From: Octopus vulgaris
Taxonomy: Eukaryota
Direction: 5' to 3'
NCBI GenBank assembly: GCA_951406725.2
Contig: OX597826.1
Location: forward strand, 75,826,001 to 75,890,000
DNA: 64,000 nt
The position numbers and the translations under genes were made by a program. This document shows positions 32,039 through 45,406 of the stretch, in pieces. How positions within the stretch are numbered: the stretch's first letter is position 1; the number at the start of each line of letters is the position of its first letter. The notes beneath the pieces were generated by a model. That model saw only the letters and a list, made by a program, of their open reading frames with translations. It was not told where the DNA came from and did not search any database.

Positions 32039-32677
32039 CTCAGGTCTGCTGGATAAAGATAAGTAAGGGAAAAGTTAATGCAGCTGTTGTTCAGGATGAA
32101 TTGTTGTATATAAAATGATGAATGGGATGGGGAGTCTGAAGAGGTAATAGATTCCAGAAAAGACTGATTCTTGCTAGCTTCTTTATTCATCTGCCTTTGT
32201 TGGCTTAGATTTGCGTGTGTTTGTGTGTGTGTGTACGTCCTATATGCGGGTGTACGCGCGTATGTGTTTGCGTGTGACAGCTTATTCTTCATTTTTTTTT
32301 TAGTTTTTCAATTTCTGCTTTATACTTAATTGCGCCATGGAAGACGTTAAAGTAGACGTTAGTAAACCCCAGGCTAGTGAACTACTGATCTACTAACTGG
32401 TCCGGTTTAGTAAACCGCTGCTTCTCGGTCCTTTTGACTTCGTGGAGCGGTAAAGATCAAATAAAAATGTCACCGGTGCGCTTCGCAAGGGAAGTTAAAC
32501 AAACATCTGTTTTAAAAGTTAAAACCTGGGAAGAAAATAATATAGGCTCAGGTGTGGGTTTGTGGTAAGCAATGTGCTTCCCATCTACGTTGTTCCAGGT
32601 TCAATCCTTGGACAAGTGTCTTCTACTATAGCGCCGGACCGGACCGATCAAAGCTATGTGAGTGGATTCGGTAGACT

Positions 32678-32836
32678 GAAGAAGAAGAAGAAGAAGAAGA
32701 AGAAGAAGAAGAAGAAGAAGAAGAAGAAGAAGAAGAAGAAGAAGAAGAAGAAGAAGAAGAAGAAGAAGAAGAAGAAGAAGAAGAAGAAGAAGAAGAAGAA
32801 GAAGAAGAAGAAGAAGAAGAAGAAGAAGAAGAAGAA
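32678..32836. repeat. Perfect (GAA)53
   Basis: 159 bp of uninterrupted GAA. Confidence 0.95.
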
Positions 32837-33454
32837 ATTGGTACTTTATATCGTTAACACCGCGAAAAGGAGAGAGTAAGGGAGAAAGTTAACCTCTACA
32901 GAATTCGAACTCAGGGACAGGGGGTCCGAAACAGATACTGTAATAAATCCTATCCCACATCCTAACGACTTTACCAATTCACTCAAAAAAAAAGAACAAA
33001 TCTGTAATTATGAGAAATATGTTGTTTTTTTTTTTAAACTGAGAATTGGAATTGATAAGTGAGTAGTCTGTTTGTCAGCGAGGATGGCACCAGCTGCACC
33101 ATCAGTGAAATGGTATAATTCGTTAGTATTATATTTCACCATTAACCATATGGGAAGGTTGGGTTTAGTTCACCCAGCACATCTAACATAGCTTACGAAT
33201 TACGGGTTTGCCTATTACTTTAATGTAGGTGCTTTCCGTTGAGGAAACTCAATGAATGAAGGGCACTCCAGCGAGAATTCAAATGTGTCATACGCTCAAA
33301 AGATGGGTCCTTTGACTGGGTCTTTTTTTAATATATAGTAATCATATTTGATAAATAATATCAGCGTCAACAAATTTGATAACGATTAGTATTAAAAGGT
33401 TAACTAGAAATAAGTATCGTGAAAGTAACAAACAGTTTTATCAATAACTAACGA

Positions 33455-33665
33455 TGGTTTCAAATTTTGGCACAAGGCCAGACATTTAAGGGATTGGAGT
33501 AAGTCAGTAGATTACATCGATCTCAGCGCTCAACTGGTGGTTATTTTATCGCACTCGAAAGGATGAAAAGCAAAATTGACCTTGAGCTCAGAACATGAAG
33601 ACGGAAGAAATGACGTTACGAATTTTGCTGCCGAGCTTGCTAGCGATTCTGCCAGCTTGCCGCCT
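33455..33665 (-). mobile_element. SINE family M, diverged copy (head-to-head with next)
   Basis: Ends in ttctgccagcttgccgcct, the reverse-complement head. Confidence 0.8.
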
Positions 33666-33698
33666 TATCAATGACTAATAATGCTTTCAAATTTCTGA

Positions 33699-33911
33699 AG
33701 CGGCGAGCTGGCAGAATCGTTAGCACACCGGGCGAAATGGTTAGCAGTATTTCGTCTGCCGTTACGTTCTGAGTTCAAATTACGCCGAGGTCGACTTTGC
33801 CTTTCATCTTTTCGGGGTCGATAAATTAAGTACTAGTTGTGTACTGGAATCGATCTAATCGACTGGCCCCGCTCTCCAAAAATTTCGGGCTTTGTGCCTA
33901 GAGTAGAAAAG
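33699..33911 (+). mobile_element. SINE family M monomer (tail B) with ~14-bp TSD
   Basis: Full copy flanked on both sides by ctttcaaatttctg. Confidence 0.9.
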
Positions 33912-33929
33912 ACTACTTTCAAATTTCTG

Positions 33930-34130
33930 TCATGAAAGGATCTTCGTTACTCACCACTCCTAAAAGCATCACAGTTGATGGAAACTTAGTTGGCATCACT
34001 CTGGAGACATCGGAACGATCTGCATATAATCGTCTGTCATTTCTCCTGTTAGACTTTTGGTTTTGGTCGAAGTTTCTCGGGTCAGACAATAAACCAAAGC
34101 ATGTCATATTCATGAGGGTTTGTAATCTTT
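33930..34130 (-). mobile_element. Tc1/mariner (probable maT/DD37D-like) transposase fragment
   Basis: SDPRNFDQNQKSNRRNDRRLYADRSDVSRVMPTKFPSTVMLLGVVSNED resembles the SDEK...NxQNDR...TKFPxxVMVxGVVS region of maT-like transposases. The DD spacing is not visible. Confidence 0.65.
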
Positions 34131-35850
34131 TTAACTGTCCTCGTGCACAACAGCTCTGATAGTCCGCTCCGACACCTGAAGTTCTTTGCCGATAGCCCTC
34201 ACATATACTGTGGAAACACTGTTGAAAGAATCCAATCATACAAATACACAGACACCCGCAATAAACAAGCACCAATATCCAGATCTGTGAATATACCCGC
34301 ACACATGCATGGCTGTGTTGTTAAGCGGTTCGTTTCGAAACTACATGGCTTCATGTTCAATCCTGGTGCATAGCGCCTTGGATGAGTGCCTTAGTTTCAC
34401 AGAAGTGTTGTGAATTTAAAAAAAAAGGGTCAAAGGTTCTTACCGAGCCATAAAATTCTGCGATGCATATATTCCCCTCCCCCGCTGGACGGGACACCAG
34501 TCCGTCGTAGGCTCCCTCATTTTCGCCAGCTGAGTGGAACAATGTGAATTGAAGTGTTTTACTCAAGAACACAACACATTGCCAGGTCCAGGAATCGAAA
34601 CCACTATCTTAGGATTATTAGTGCAACAGCCTAACCACTAAGCTACGTGCCTCCACGCGAGAAGAAAACTGCACGGACGGAAACTGTTCGGAAGCTTGTC
34701 GGAGAGTCTTATCTGATTCTTGGTTAGAAGAGTTAATCCGTCGCAGGGTTCAACACCCTTACCTCTCTCTGACGCTTGTGTACCTTTATCGGAGTCCATT
34801 CTGTCTCAATGTCTTCAGGTTAGGTCTTTTAGGAGGCTCAGATACCTTGAAAATGTTCATGGATGCTGTCTTCCTTTCTCTGAGTAAATCTTATAATCAA
34901 AAAGTTAGGCACACCTCATCGTATTCCCATAAAGATGTAACCAGACTCATGCACACAATCTAAGCTCCTCTTTCAATGCAGCTGTTGCTTTCATTTTATT
35001 TATGTTCCTCTGGTATTTCTATGGAGCTAATAATAATGGCTGTCGTATGTTACAAATATTATGCTCATAGTCGTCACCATTATTGAGTCTGGCGATAGCG
35101 ACGATCGGTTCAACATGAAGAAAACATACTTCACGCAGCTGTCTCTGTCATCCGTCATCTTTAAGGTATTTTTCTTTCGGTTCTCATTCAGTTGCTGGTA
35201 CGGCGGCTGCTGTTTTGTTATGGCGGTGATGGTGGTGGCGGTGGTTCGGTGGTGGTGGTGGTGGTAGTGGTGGTGGTGGTGGTAGTGGTGGTGGTGGTGG
35301 AGGTGGAGGTGGTGGTGGTTGCTGTTGATTATTTTCATACAATCCTTGGTCAAGCCGACCCATGAAAAAAGGTGTTCCAAACGTGATCATTCCCTCTAAT
35401 TTACACTGACATTGTTCAGCATGCCCTCTTTTTTTAAGACGGCTGGGTATGATTTGTAGACGAGTAGACTTCTGTTGCTAGAGGATCGAACTATCCCATA
35501 GAGGGTTCTTTTGTTATCTTGAGGAGATTTGACTTCTATATCTAGCAGATAGAGTAACCACATAAAGATTTGATGGAGATTTAGTTGCTATTTCTTGCAA
35601 GTCGAGTGATCAGGTTGAGATCCTGAAGTCTTTCTAGTTTTGTAGAAGTTAAAAGTTTCGTTGCAGTGGCGACCTCTGGCGTTCTCGGTTCCCTTTTCCA
35701 TTTTGTCCTCTGAGACCATAAGGCGGTCTGACAAGCCCTTTTAGATATTTCTTTGCTGTGAGAAAGACGAAAGATATGATTTACGCAGTGCCTTTCATCA
35801 AATCATACCATAATCTCTTAAAAACATACATTTTATTCCCATATAAACAT

Positions 35851-36272
35851 ATGCGTAGGAGTGGCTGCGTGGTAAGTAACTTGCTTACGAACCACATGGT
35901 TCCGGGTTCAGTCCCACTGCGTGGCACCTTGGGCAAGTGTCTTCTACTATAGCCTCGGGCCGACCAAAGCCTTGTGAGTGGATTTGGTAGACGGACACTG
36001 AAAGAAGCGCGTCATATATATGTATATATATATATATGTGTGTGCGTGTGTGTGTGTGTGTGTTTGTGTGACTGTGTTTGTCCCCCCAACATCGCTTGAT
36101 AACCGATGCTGGTGTGTTTACGTCCCCGTAACTTAGCGGTTCGGCAAAAGAGACCAATAGAATAAGTACTAGGCTTACAAAGAATAAGATCTGGGGTCGA
36201 TTTGCTCGACTAAAGGCGGTGCTCCAGCATGCCCGCAGTCAAATGACTGAAACAAGTAAAAGAATAAAAGAG
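35851..36272 (+). mobile_element. SINE family C, full length
   Basis: Highly similar to 25326-25720. Confidence 0.9.
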
Positions 36273-36509
36273 TATATACGTATAGAAACACGGCAGCACT
36301 TCCTTTGAGACCCTTCCGTTCGGCTTCTACAGGTTTACAATTCCCGCTTTTCTTATATTTATCATTTTCTGGCTCAATAAATGATTATCTTCAATTACTT
36401 CCTTTAAGTTTCCTTTCGGGTAGCATCATACAACTGCTTCACATAGAACACCTTGATACATTGGTTCTTTATCGAGATCAGTTGTACTTTTTTTTTCTGA
36501 CCTCGTCGA

Positions 36510-36840
36510 TGGTGAGACCTTCACAAGTATCAAGCGATAGTCACTGCCGGAGTTGAATGGTGCTACGGCTGAAACATACTCTATATGCGTCGTTTGTTGA
36601 CCAAGATTTAGTCGATTTCATTTCGGTGCTGAGCTTTTAGGGTTCTCTGGGTTTATCTCTTACCAGATCTTTTCCTGAACAGGTTGTTCCCGATGTAATG
36701 TCTTTTCACCTCTGCCATCGAAATTAAACATTTTCCCTTTTCATTTCTTTCTCCAAATTCAAACTTTCCAAAATATTTCTTGCCCTGTCACCCTTTTTTC
36801 CGAACTTTATGTTGAAATCTCCCATCACTTTGGTGTCAGT
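36510..36840 (-). mobile_element. RTE-type LINE apurinic-like endonuclease remnant
   Basis: Minus-strand pieces VMGDFNIKFG, FGERNEKGKCLISMAE, IGNNLFRK, RNEID*ILVN and FNSGSDYRLI match APE motifs (GDFN, RNxxG, NTFF, IDYIL, SDHR). Interrupted by stops and frameshifts. Confidence 0.75.
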
Positions 36841-36909
36841 GAATTTGTAAGCACACACAGTACGTGTGTGTACGTACGTGTGCGTGTGTATGTATATACA
36901 TATATTTTT

Positions 36910-36910
<1 letters not shown>

Positions 36911-36954
<44 letters not shown>

Positions 36955-37083
36955 GTTTAGCGTCCGTTTTCCATGCTAGCATGGGTTGGACGGTTCTACT
37001 GGGGTCTGTGAAGCCAGAAGGCTTCATCAGACCCAGTCAAATCTGGCAGTGTTTCTACGGCTGGATGCCCTTCCTAACGCCAA
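36911..37083 (-). mobile_element. 3' end of an RTE-related retroposon with (GAT)n tail
   Basis: The minus strand reads ggcgttaggaagggcatccagccgtagaaa...ccgtccaacccatgctagcatggaaaacggacgctaaacGATGATGAT..., i.e. a body ending in a trinucleotide tail. The RTE assignment is from recalled similarity. Confidence 0.55.
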
Positions 37084-38103
37084 GAGAATATGATAAAAAC
37101 CCAAGGCTGTGAAAGGTTTCAGAACATTTATAAAGAGAAGGTCTAAACCTCTTTATAAATGCCTTTTATAAAGGGCATATACGTATATATGTATATGTAC
37201 ACACACACACGCGCGCAAGAGAGAGAGAGAGAGAGGCTTCTATACAGTTTCTATTAATTGAATTCCATTCGTGGAGTATTGATCAAACCGAGAATATGAT
37301 AGTAGATACCTGTCCAAGACCGAAGCCAGAACCACGTAGTTACGAGACGAATTCTCCACATCCCTGCCAGTCAGTATTCGTTGTTGCTCACAAATTCGTT
37401 TCTTCTCCGAGTCAGCACCTCTTCGCCTCATTTCCTTATTTCCGTAATTCAAGAAGGGATGATTTCATGCAACCATTTCTTCCTTATAAAAACATCTCTC
37501 TTAAATTCCAATCTATCTGACGTCACTTCCTACTAAATATCAATTTCTTTCATATTTAATTTTTCTGTTTATTTTCTGTGTTTTTTTTTTTTAACAAGGG
37601 TGTCCTTAGTTACAGGAATGCAACGAGTCAGTTACTTTTATTGCATTTCCCCTGACGAAAATGACATAGAAGGGTCTGTAACTCGGGGCAGAACCAATAT
37701 CGTGAGGTCTTCATTCCTATAGCGTTGCTCTGCTTGTCGTTGCAGTTACATACGTAAAGGTCTTCTGGACACTGATTTTCTGGATACTGATGGTACGGAA
37801 TCTCTTATAATCCGCACTATTACGAGCAGGAACCTCAAGTTCTCGCAGCTGCCAAACAAGTTTACTGGTACCTTGTCCAAACTAGTACCTTGCACAATAC
37901 AGTGTTAATAAACTTGTATCATTTATACTAATGTACTCGTACTTGTATTTCATCTAATTAATTAAGTAAATTTAATATTTACTTAATTTCGACCAATGTT
38001 GACAAACGTGACCACCCCTAGTCCGGAAAAATCGATAGTCCGGAAAGACTTTGGAACGAAAGGCTCTGGAAAAAATTATGCTATACCTCTGTGTGTGTAT
38101 GAG

Positions 38104-38151
<48 letters not shown>

Positions 38152-38302
38152 GCCGACAATGGCTTAGCTGGGCGAAATTCCGAAGTCACTGTTAACCTTC
38201 TTGTTTGAGATGATAAATTTGTTCTTTACAAAAGTTTAGAATGAGCCATCAGAAAAATGTAAAATTGTTTTAATCATAAATGGACATAAACACAAACAGA
38301 TA

Positions 38303-38620
38303 TAGGCGCAGTCGTGGTTGTGTGGTTAGCAGCTTGCTTCCCAACCACATGGTTCCAGGTTCAATCCCACTGCGTGGCACCTGCACAATCGTCTCCTACT
38401 ATAGCCTAGACGGAAACTGTGTGGAATGTCGCCGTGTGTAGCTTCGTCTATCACCGCTTGACAACCGGTGTTTCTTCGTTTATGCCACCGTAACATGGCG
38501 ATTCGTCAAAAGAAAACCGAGAGAATGAGTACTGAGGGGGGATTCGTTCGACTTAAACCCTTTGAGATGGTGCCCCAGCATGGCCGCAGTCCAGTGACTG
38601 AAACAAGTAAACGACAAAAG
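38303..38620 (+). mobile_element. SINE family C, diverged
   Basis: Head and tail are recognisable. Other partial copies lie at ~1645-1870(-), 10196-10395(+), 22525-22640(+), 32544-32680(+), 37240-37360(-), 45270-45400(+), 49290-49640(+) and 60776-60930(+). Confidence 0.78.
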
Positions 38621-39370
38621 ACAGAGGGAGGTTGAGTAACGGAGAATTATGACATGCATTGTTGGAGGCACAGCCGAGCCTTAACAAACAAGCGTCATAG
38701 TAAATGACAGAATGTCTTATGTAGTAAAGCTGTTACAAACATCATTCTTCGTTTCAGAGGTTAATATTCGTGTGACGGAGGGTGGTAGGAGGTAGTCGAA
38801 AATGGGGGGCGGTAGTGTGTTTGAGGTGGTGGTGGTGGGTGGGTGGGTGGGTGGAAGAACACTTAGAGATTCGTGTAAAGCGTGTAACCTAAGCCCGTCG
38901 TTATGAACCCGGTTGCTGGATATCTACTTATATAGTTACATTTTGTTTGAACCTGCGAATGGTTGATTAGGTATTAAGTTATACTTAATTATGAGAAATG
39001 CAGTGAAACAGGAGACAGTAATTTCTTTCGAGTTTTGTTTGTTTGTTTTGTTTGTGTGTGTGTATTTTGGTTGTATTTCTTACAACTACAAATTAGAGTC
39101 CTCCTCACCCTGCATGTCAAACACGTTTCGGTAAGATCGACATATTTATTGCAACGTATTTCATTCTTGGCAGCTTTTTTTCTCCAATTCATCTCCTGCG
39201 ACATTAGCCAAACTCTCTCTTTTCTTGCTTCTATTGGTTGTTTCGTAATTGTTGGAAAGTCGCGACACGTGCGTAAACAAACTCCAGGCTTCTTTATTAA
39301 TTATTTTCTTTTCAATTTCCTATTTCTTTTTTTCTTTTACTTAGTCCCTTGTTTTAGTGAGAAAAAATAC

Positions 39371-39810
39371 CTATTTCTTTACTGCCCACAAGGGGCTAAA
39401 CACAGAGAAGACAAACAAGGACAGACAAATGGATTAAGTCGATTACATCGACCCCAGTGCGTAACTGGTATTTATTTAATCGACCCCCGAAAGGACGAAA
39501 GGCAAAGTCGGCCTCGGCGGAATTTGAACTCAGAACGTAGCGGCAGACGAAATACCGCTAAACATTTCGCCCGGCGTGCTAACGTTTCTTATTTCTTTAT
39601 TGCCCACAATAGAGGGGACAAACAAGGTCAGACAAAGAGATTAGGTCAATTACATCGACCCCAGTGCGTAACTGGTACTTAATTTATCGACCCCGAAAGG
39701 ATGAAAGGCAAAGTCGACCTTGGCGGAATTTGAACTCAGAACGTAACGGCAGACGAAATACCGCTAAGCATTTCGCCCGGCGTGCTAACGTTACTGCCAG
39801 CTCGCCGCCT
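39371..39810 (-). mobile_element. SINE family M tandem (tail A + tail A)
   Basis: Two tail-A units in tandem. The junction at ~39590 lies in the head (AAGAAATA|AGAAACGTTAGC on the minus strand). Confidence 0.88.
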
Positions 39811-40149
39811 TCCTGTGCTTAAATATTTGAAGAATAGAGAAAGCTGGCGAAATTCTTTGGGCCCAGAAAGAAACACGTTGGTATAAGACCACAGGGTTTT
39901 TTGTATGTAAAAGAGTACAGTTAATTCAGATGAGTGGTACTTTATTTTACCGACCCCTGAAAAGATGAAGAAATAAGACTAATTCCGGTATGATTTCAAC
40001 GTAGAACGTAACTAAACGCCGCAGAGCATTTTGTTCGATACAGAAGGGATTGAATGCAAATGTTTGACAATTTTCTCCGATCAGCAAATAAATGGGCCGA
40101 CGAAAGCCTTTTGAGTGGATTTGGTTGAAGGAAACTGAAATAAACCTGT

Positions 40150-40348
40150 TTGGGGATTCTTCTCATAAACCCTGTCCTTTACAACACCTGCCAAAAAAGA
40201 AATCCATTGATGTCGGGTCAGGTGACCGTGGAGGTCATTCGATGCTGCCCCGTCGTCCAAACCAACGCTGTCGAAAGGCTTGGTTAAGGTAGTCTCTTGC
40301 TGTCAACGCATAATGTGGAGGTGCTCCATCTTGCTGAATAACGGTTTC
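40150..40348 (-). mobile_element. DD41D transposase catalytic-domain fragment
   Basis: Minus-strand translation VIQQDGAPPHYALTARDYLNQAFRQRWFGRRGSIE*PPRSPDPTSMDFFF, with 41 residues between the D's. Confidence 0.8.
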
Positions 40349-41791
40349 ATATTTTTTTTTTTATAATTACGATCTAAACTGTTAATATATAAATGCGAAA
40401 GAGATAGTTGAATAACCGTAAACCTACTTCGGGGCCAGCCTGTATACAACTCTGCGATTAGATCTGGAGAAAACCATGGTTGATATCTACACGGAACTGA
40501 GTAAGTTTTAGATGAAGCGATAATCTTTTACTAATGTTTGGTTAACGCTGTCATCACGAAATTATATTTTTTCAGAGGAAAATATGAATATCATGGTGGC
40601 GGCGGCGGCGGCGGCGGCGGCGGTAGTGGTAGTGGTGGAAGCAGTGATGTAGATTGCGATAGCAGTGGTGGTGATAGTGGTAGGGGAAAAGCAGTCACTG
40701 ATAAGTTGCACAAATCCTCTTCAAAGACACTTAATTAGTTACGTGAAATACAAGCTTAACACGAAGGTCGTTTGTTTCTTTTCACTACACTGGCTGAGTT
40801 CTCCGCATCATTTACTATGTCCTCAGCAAGCATGTGAGACAGATTTTGATCCACCAGAACAACAAAGTAAAGAAACCAGCCGCTTATGTGTATAACCTTT
40901 CAACAGTGACTAAAGTAGCCAAGGAAATAATCTCTTAGCACATTTATGATACATCCTAAAAACATATTAACCTTTTAACACATCTACATCACAACCAGAG
41001 AAGCAACCTTGTAGCAGTTATGTATGCATCCTAAGCAGATGAACGATCAAAAAGCTGCTGGGAACAATTCTATAGACTTAAAAACCTTATATCCTGTTAT
41101 CTCCTTTTATCGCTTATCTATGTGTTGTACATGATCTATATTTAACTTCCTCAGCTCTATCAAGATAAATTTTAATGTATCTACCTTGCTAATACAAATG
41201 GCATTAAAGGAATTCATCTCTCCTCACTACATTCTTTGTAGCGTGTAAGCTGCTAATGTTGTTCTTTATCAGCTCAGGTGCCCACCAAAGATGTGCCTCG
41301 TGTGTGCTAGGTTACCACCAATTTCAATGCGTGAATCGCACTAGATGGCAGCCAAACGAGTTGAAACAGATTCGAGCAAAGATAGCTCTCCTCCACATTA
41401 ACAGCACACACGAGGTTTCTGGAGCTTAGAACTTTTTCTCCATATCTTGTTGTTTCTTTTACAACACTTTTATCCGATATGTGATTTCTCCCAGTGGAGA
41501 CTACGAGGTTCATCGCTGTACACGAGTCAACAAACACGGTTCTCAATTATACAGGTTGTCTGGCGCCATCTGCAATAAACTCTATCCTATATATATTTTG
41601 AGCTAAAGTACAAGTTAGCGCTGTTATGGCTTTAATCCTCTCCGTCCCATTTGTGGTAACACCTGACCGTGCAAGGCGACGGTACCAAGCAGTCGGAATA
41701 TCATTATACATACAACAAATAATGAAATAATTTGAGTTCTTCAAAACCTGACTTCACAGAACCAAATGTTCCATTAATCATTCTTCGTTAT

Positions 41792-42190
41792 AAGGCAGTG
41801 AGCTGGCAGAATCGTTAACACGCCGGGCGAAATGCTTAGCGGTATTTCGTCTGCCGTTACGTTCTGAGTTCAAACTCCGGCGAGGTTGACTTTGCCTTTC
41901 ATCCTTTCGGGGTCGATAAATTAAATACCAGTTACACACTGGAGTTGATGTAATTGACTTAATCCGTTTGTCTGTCCTTGTTTATCCTCTCTGTGTTTGG
42001 CCCCTTTGTGGGTAGTAAAGAAATAGGTATTTCGTATGTCTTTACGTTCTAAGTTCAAATTCCGCCGAAGTCGACTTTGCCTTTCATCCTTTCGGGGTCG
42101 ACAAATTAAGTACCACTTGCGCACTGGGGTCGATCTAATCGACTTGCCCCCTCCCCAAAAATTTCGAGCCTTGTGCCTAGAGTAGGAAAG
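41792..42190 (+). mobile_element. SINE family M composite (A + truncated B) with ~16-bp TSD
   Basis: Junction at 42025/42026. Flanked by aatcattcttcgttat / aatcattcatcgttgt. Confidence 0.9.
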
Positions 42191-42713
42191 AATCATTCAT
42201 CGTTGTGTCTAAAGGTAATTTTCTGGATTTTTCTACTGTGGTTCTAATGTTGATGCATGTCTCGTACGTCCAGCTTCTCGAAAATGTTTCTCCATTTCAG
42301 GACAAATTTACGCGAGTCTATGTAGTCGTTCGAGATGCTGGAAATAACAGCCAAATTGCATGAATTACACCTCGGCCGTCTTAACATGGAAACAAGGATT
42401 CACTGGATAATTTTATCGTTAGTATAGAAAAAGACATGGCCACAAATAGAACGCTTTTGATCATAATGGATCTCAAACTTAAACAGCGACAAATTTATTC
42501 ACAAGACATTAGTCGGCCCGGGGATCTACTAAGAGAGACACTTACCCTAGATACTATGAAGTGGGACTGAACCCAAAAGTATGTGATTGCAAAGTAAGCT
42601 TCCTAGCCACACAGCCACGCTTGCTCCTATTTTGCCCAAAATTCTAGCATAACAGCGAAGCCAACCAGTCTTTGGAAACGCGAAGGTTTTAAATATCAAA
42701 ATTTCGATTAATA

Positions 42714-43366
42714 GAATGGTTCTCAAGTATTTTTTTTAATCTCTGGATCCCTTTCATTCCTATATTACTTGGGTGAACCCTCATAGACATTTAATGTGTA
42801 AAAAGAATCCTATTATATTTTTAGGATTAAATATTAATCTTTTATTCTTTTACTTGTTTCAGTCATTTGACTGTGGCCATGCTGGAGCACCCTCTTTAGT
42901 CGAGCAAATCGACCCCAGGACTTATTCTTCGTAAGCCTAGTACTTATTCTATCGGTCTCTTTTGCCGAACCGCTAAGTTATGGGGACCTAAACATACCAG
43001 CATCGGTTGTCAAGCGATGTTGGGGGCACAAACACAGACACACAAACACACACATATATATGACGGGCTTCTTTCAGTTTCCGTCTACCAAATCCACTCA
43101 CAAGGCTTTGGTCGGCCTGAGGCTATAGTAGAAGACACCTGCCCAAGGTGCCACGCAATATGGGACTGAACCCAGAACCATGTGGTTCATAAGCAAGCTA
43201 CTTACCACACAGCCACTCCTACGCCTAAGAATTGTATAAAAACTTTGTTTTAAATATGTTCTGTACTGTAGAATTATAACCAATTTATTGCAGATAAATT
43301 TTAACAACCAAACTTTATATGGACCCCCAAAAGTCATACGAACCCTGATTGAAAAAAAAAAACACT
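42714..43366. mobile_element. hAT-like MITE split by a family C SINE
   Basis: Left end aatggttctcaa, right end ggacccccaaaagtcatacgaaccctgattgaaaa..cactg. The interior is homologous to 35-106 plus 506-615. Confidence 0.6.
42838..43227 (-). mobile_element. SINE family C, full length, nested in a hAT-like MITE
   Basis: Reverse complement of 35851-36272. Confidence 0.9.
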
Positions 43367-43877
43367 GGGCTAAAATATGCAGGCAGCTCATTTTAAAACC
43401 AAAGAAAAATGGGTGTCCAATATCGTTATTCCGATATTCCATTATTCCGGTTTTGAATTTGCTTTTATCGCAGAACATGCATATCCAGGTTAAGACACGA
43501 ACACAACAGGGCAGAAAAACAACGAACAAGGATGAGACACTTCTTCTGCCCTCTTTGTATAACGGCGTCTTAACCTAGATTTATGAGGGGTTTGTTTTCG
43601 TTTTGTTTCGTCTTTGTATTGTTTTTGTCTTTGTTTTTGTTTCTTGTCTTTGTTTTGACAAAAAGTCGGCTGTACTCTGGTTCCTCCTCTTCTTGTTTTT
43701 TTTTACCTCCCTTTTAATTTTTTCTTTTTGTATCAAAAATGTATTTCTCTAACGGAATGTGATTAGGATGTACGGGGTGTGTCGGGTGGAGACTGTGAAG
43801 GCAGAGGCGATGAATAGATAGTTAATAAAAAGATTCTTAATATCTGCTTTAGTATGTAAACCCCACTTAATCAGGTT

Positions 43878-43911
<34 letters not shown>

Positions 43912-43937
43912 TTGTGTGTGTGTGCTTGCGCGCGACA

Positions 43938-43989
<52 letters not shown>

Positions 43990-44238
43990 ATGTGATTGTT
44001 AGTATGTATGCGTGGGGATATGTGTCCTTTGTAGATTGGTGTAAATGTGTGCCTTGTATTCAAATAAACACAAAAATATACAGAATAATATACAGAATTA
44101 TATACCAGCATACATACACACACACACACACACAGAGTCATATGCAAACAAAGAGATATACACTCATATAAAAATACATACAATTAAAAAAAAAACGAAT
44201 TGGGTATCATTTTCTGTGAAAGCTATACACACACACAC

Positions 44239-44297
<59 letters not shown>

Positions 44298-44356
44298 TAT
44301 TTATACATACATACACACATATATATACGTACATACACACACACATATTATATATT

Positions 44357-44390
<34 letters not shown>

Positions 44391-45406
44391 CATAAACACA
44401 CATATATATATACGTACATACACATATATATATTATATATATATATATATATACACTCATACATGCATGTGTGTGCGTGTGTGTGAAGAGAAAGAAAGAA
44501 GATATATGTGCGGGGCAGAGTGGGAGACGGGGATAAAATTTGGTGAACAGCTGGTACCAAAAGATTATTTCTACAGCGAGAAGGAAGGGGTGAGAGAGGA
44601 AAGGGGCTGAGATGGGCGGTGGGTGAGTTTCGTGCCCTTTTTGCGTTTTTTTCTTCTTTTTTTTTTTTTTTACAAGTATAATTCCTTGTCTGCATGAAAT
44701 GTAAGCGTAACAGCCTGGGATCGAATCATACTAAATGCATGGAATTTGATTTTTAATCGAATCTGCTGTCACGTCAATTGATAATATCTACAAGATGGAT
44801 GTACAAGATAACGATGGAACCTCTACGTGGCTGCTCCAGCTACTAGAGATAGCAACGAAATCTCCCTCAGATATTTTTTTCTTCATCTTAAAAAGAAAAG
44901 AAGGACGCGTTGAATAATGTATTTCTATAAGTTTGATAAAAAAAAAAAAGAAAAGGAAGAAAGAAAGAAAATATAGGATGGTGACTGCTTTACTGTCTTT
45001 GATAGTAGGTCTGCTCTATTAGTTCCAGGTCAGTCTGGAACCAACAACAAGAACAACAACTAGAAATAATGTTTTTTAAGTAAAAGGATCGCAAGAACCT
45101 TTTTTCCTTTCCGTTTTCACTTTCTTTCTTCGAGAAAGCCGTATGGGGATGTTGCAGCATTCATACGTTTTCCGAAGATGTTAATGACCGAAGTGATAGC
45201 AAATGGCTCCAAAACTGAGATCGGAACCGAAACGGACGGCTTCGATTCAGTGGGAAGAAGTTTGATTCCCAGTTACTATAGCGACGGACTGACCAAAATC
45301 CTGTGAGTGGGTTTGGTTGATGGAGACTAAAAGTAGCCTGTCGTATATAATATGTGTTTGTGTATGTGTGTATGCGTGTGTATATATGTATATATCTACG
45401 TGTGTG

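Noticed and set aside
32562-32879. Poly-Lys ORF
   Set aside because: A SINE fragment plus (GAA)53; not coding.
35027-35390. His-, Pro- or Trp-run ORFs
   Set aside because: They derive from a (TGG)n trinucleotide repeat.
41170-41750. Unique-looking segment with short minus-strand ORFs
   Set aside because: No recognisable domain or splice structure; probably an old TE relic but I cannot assign it.
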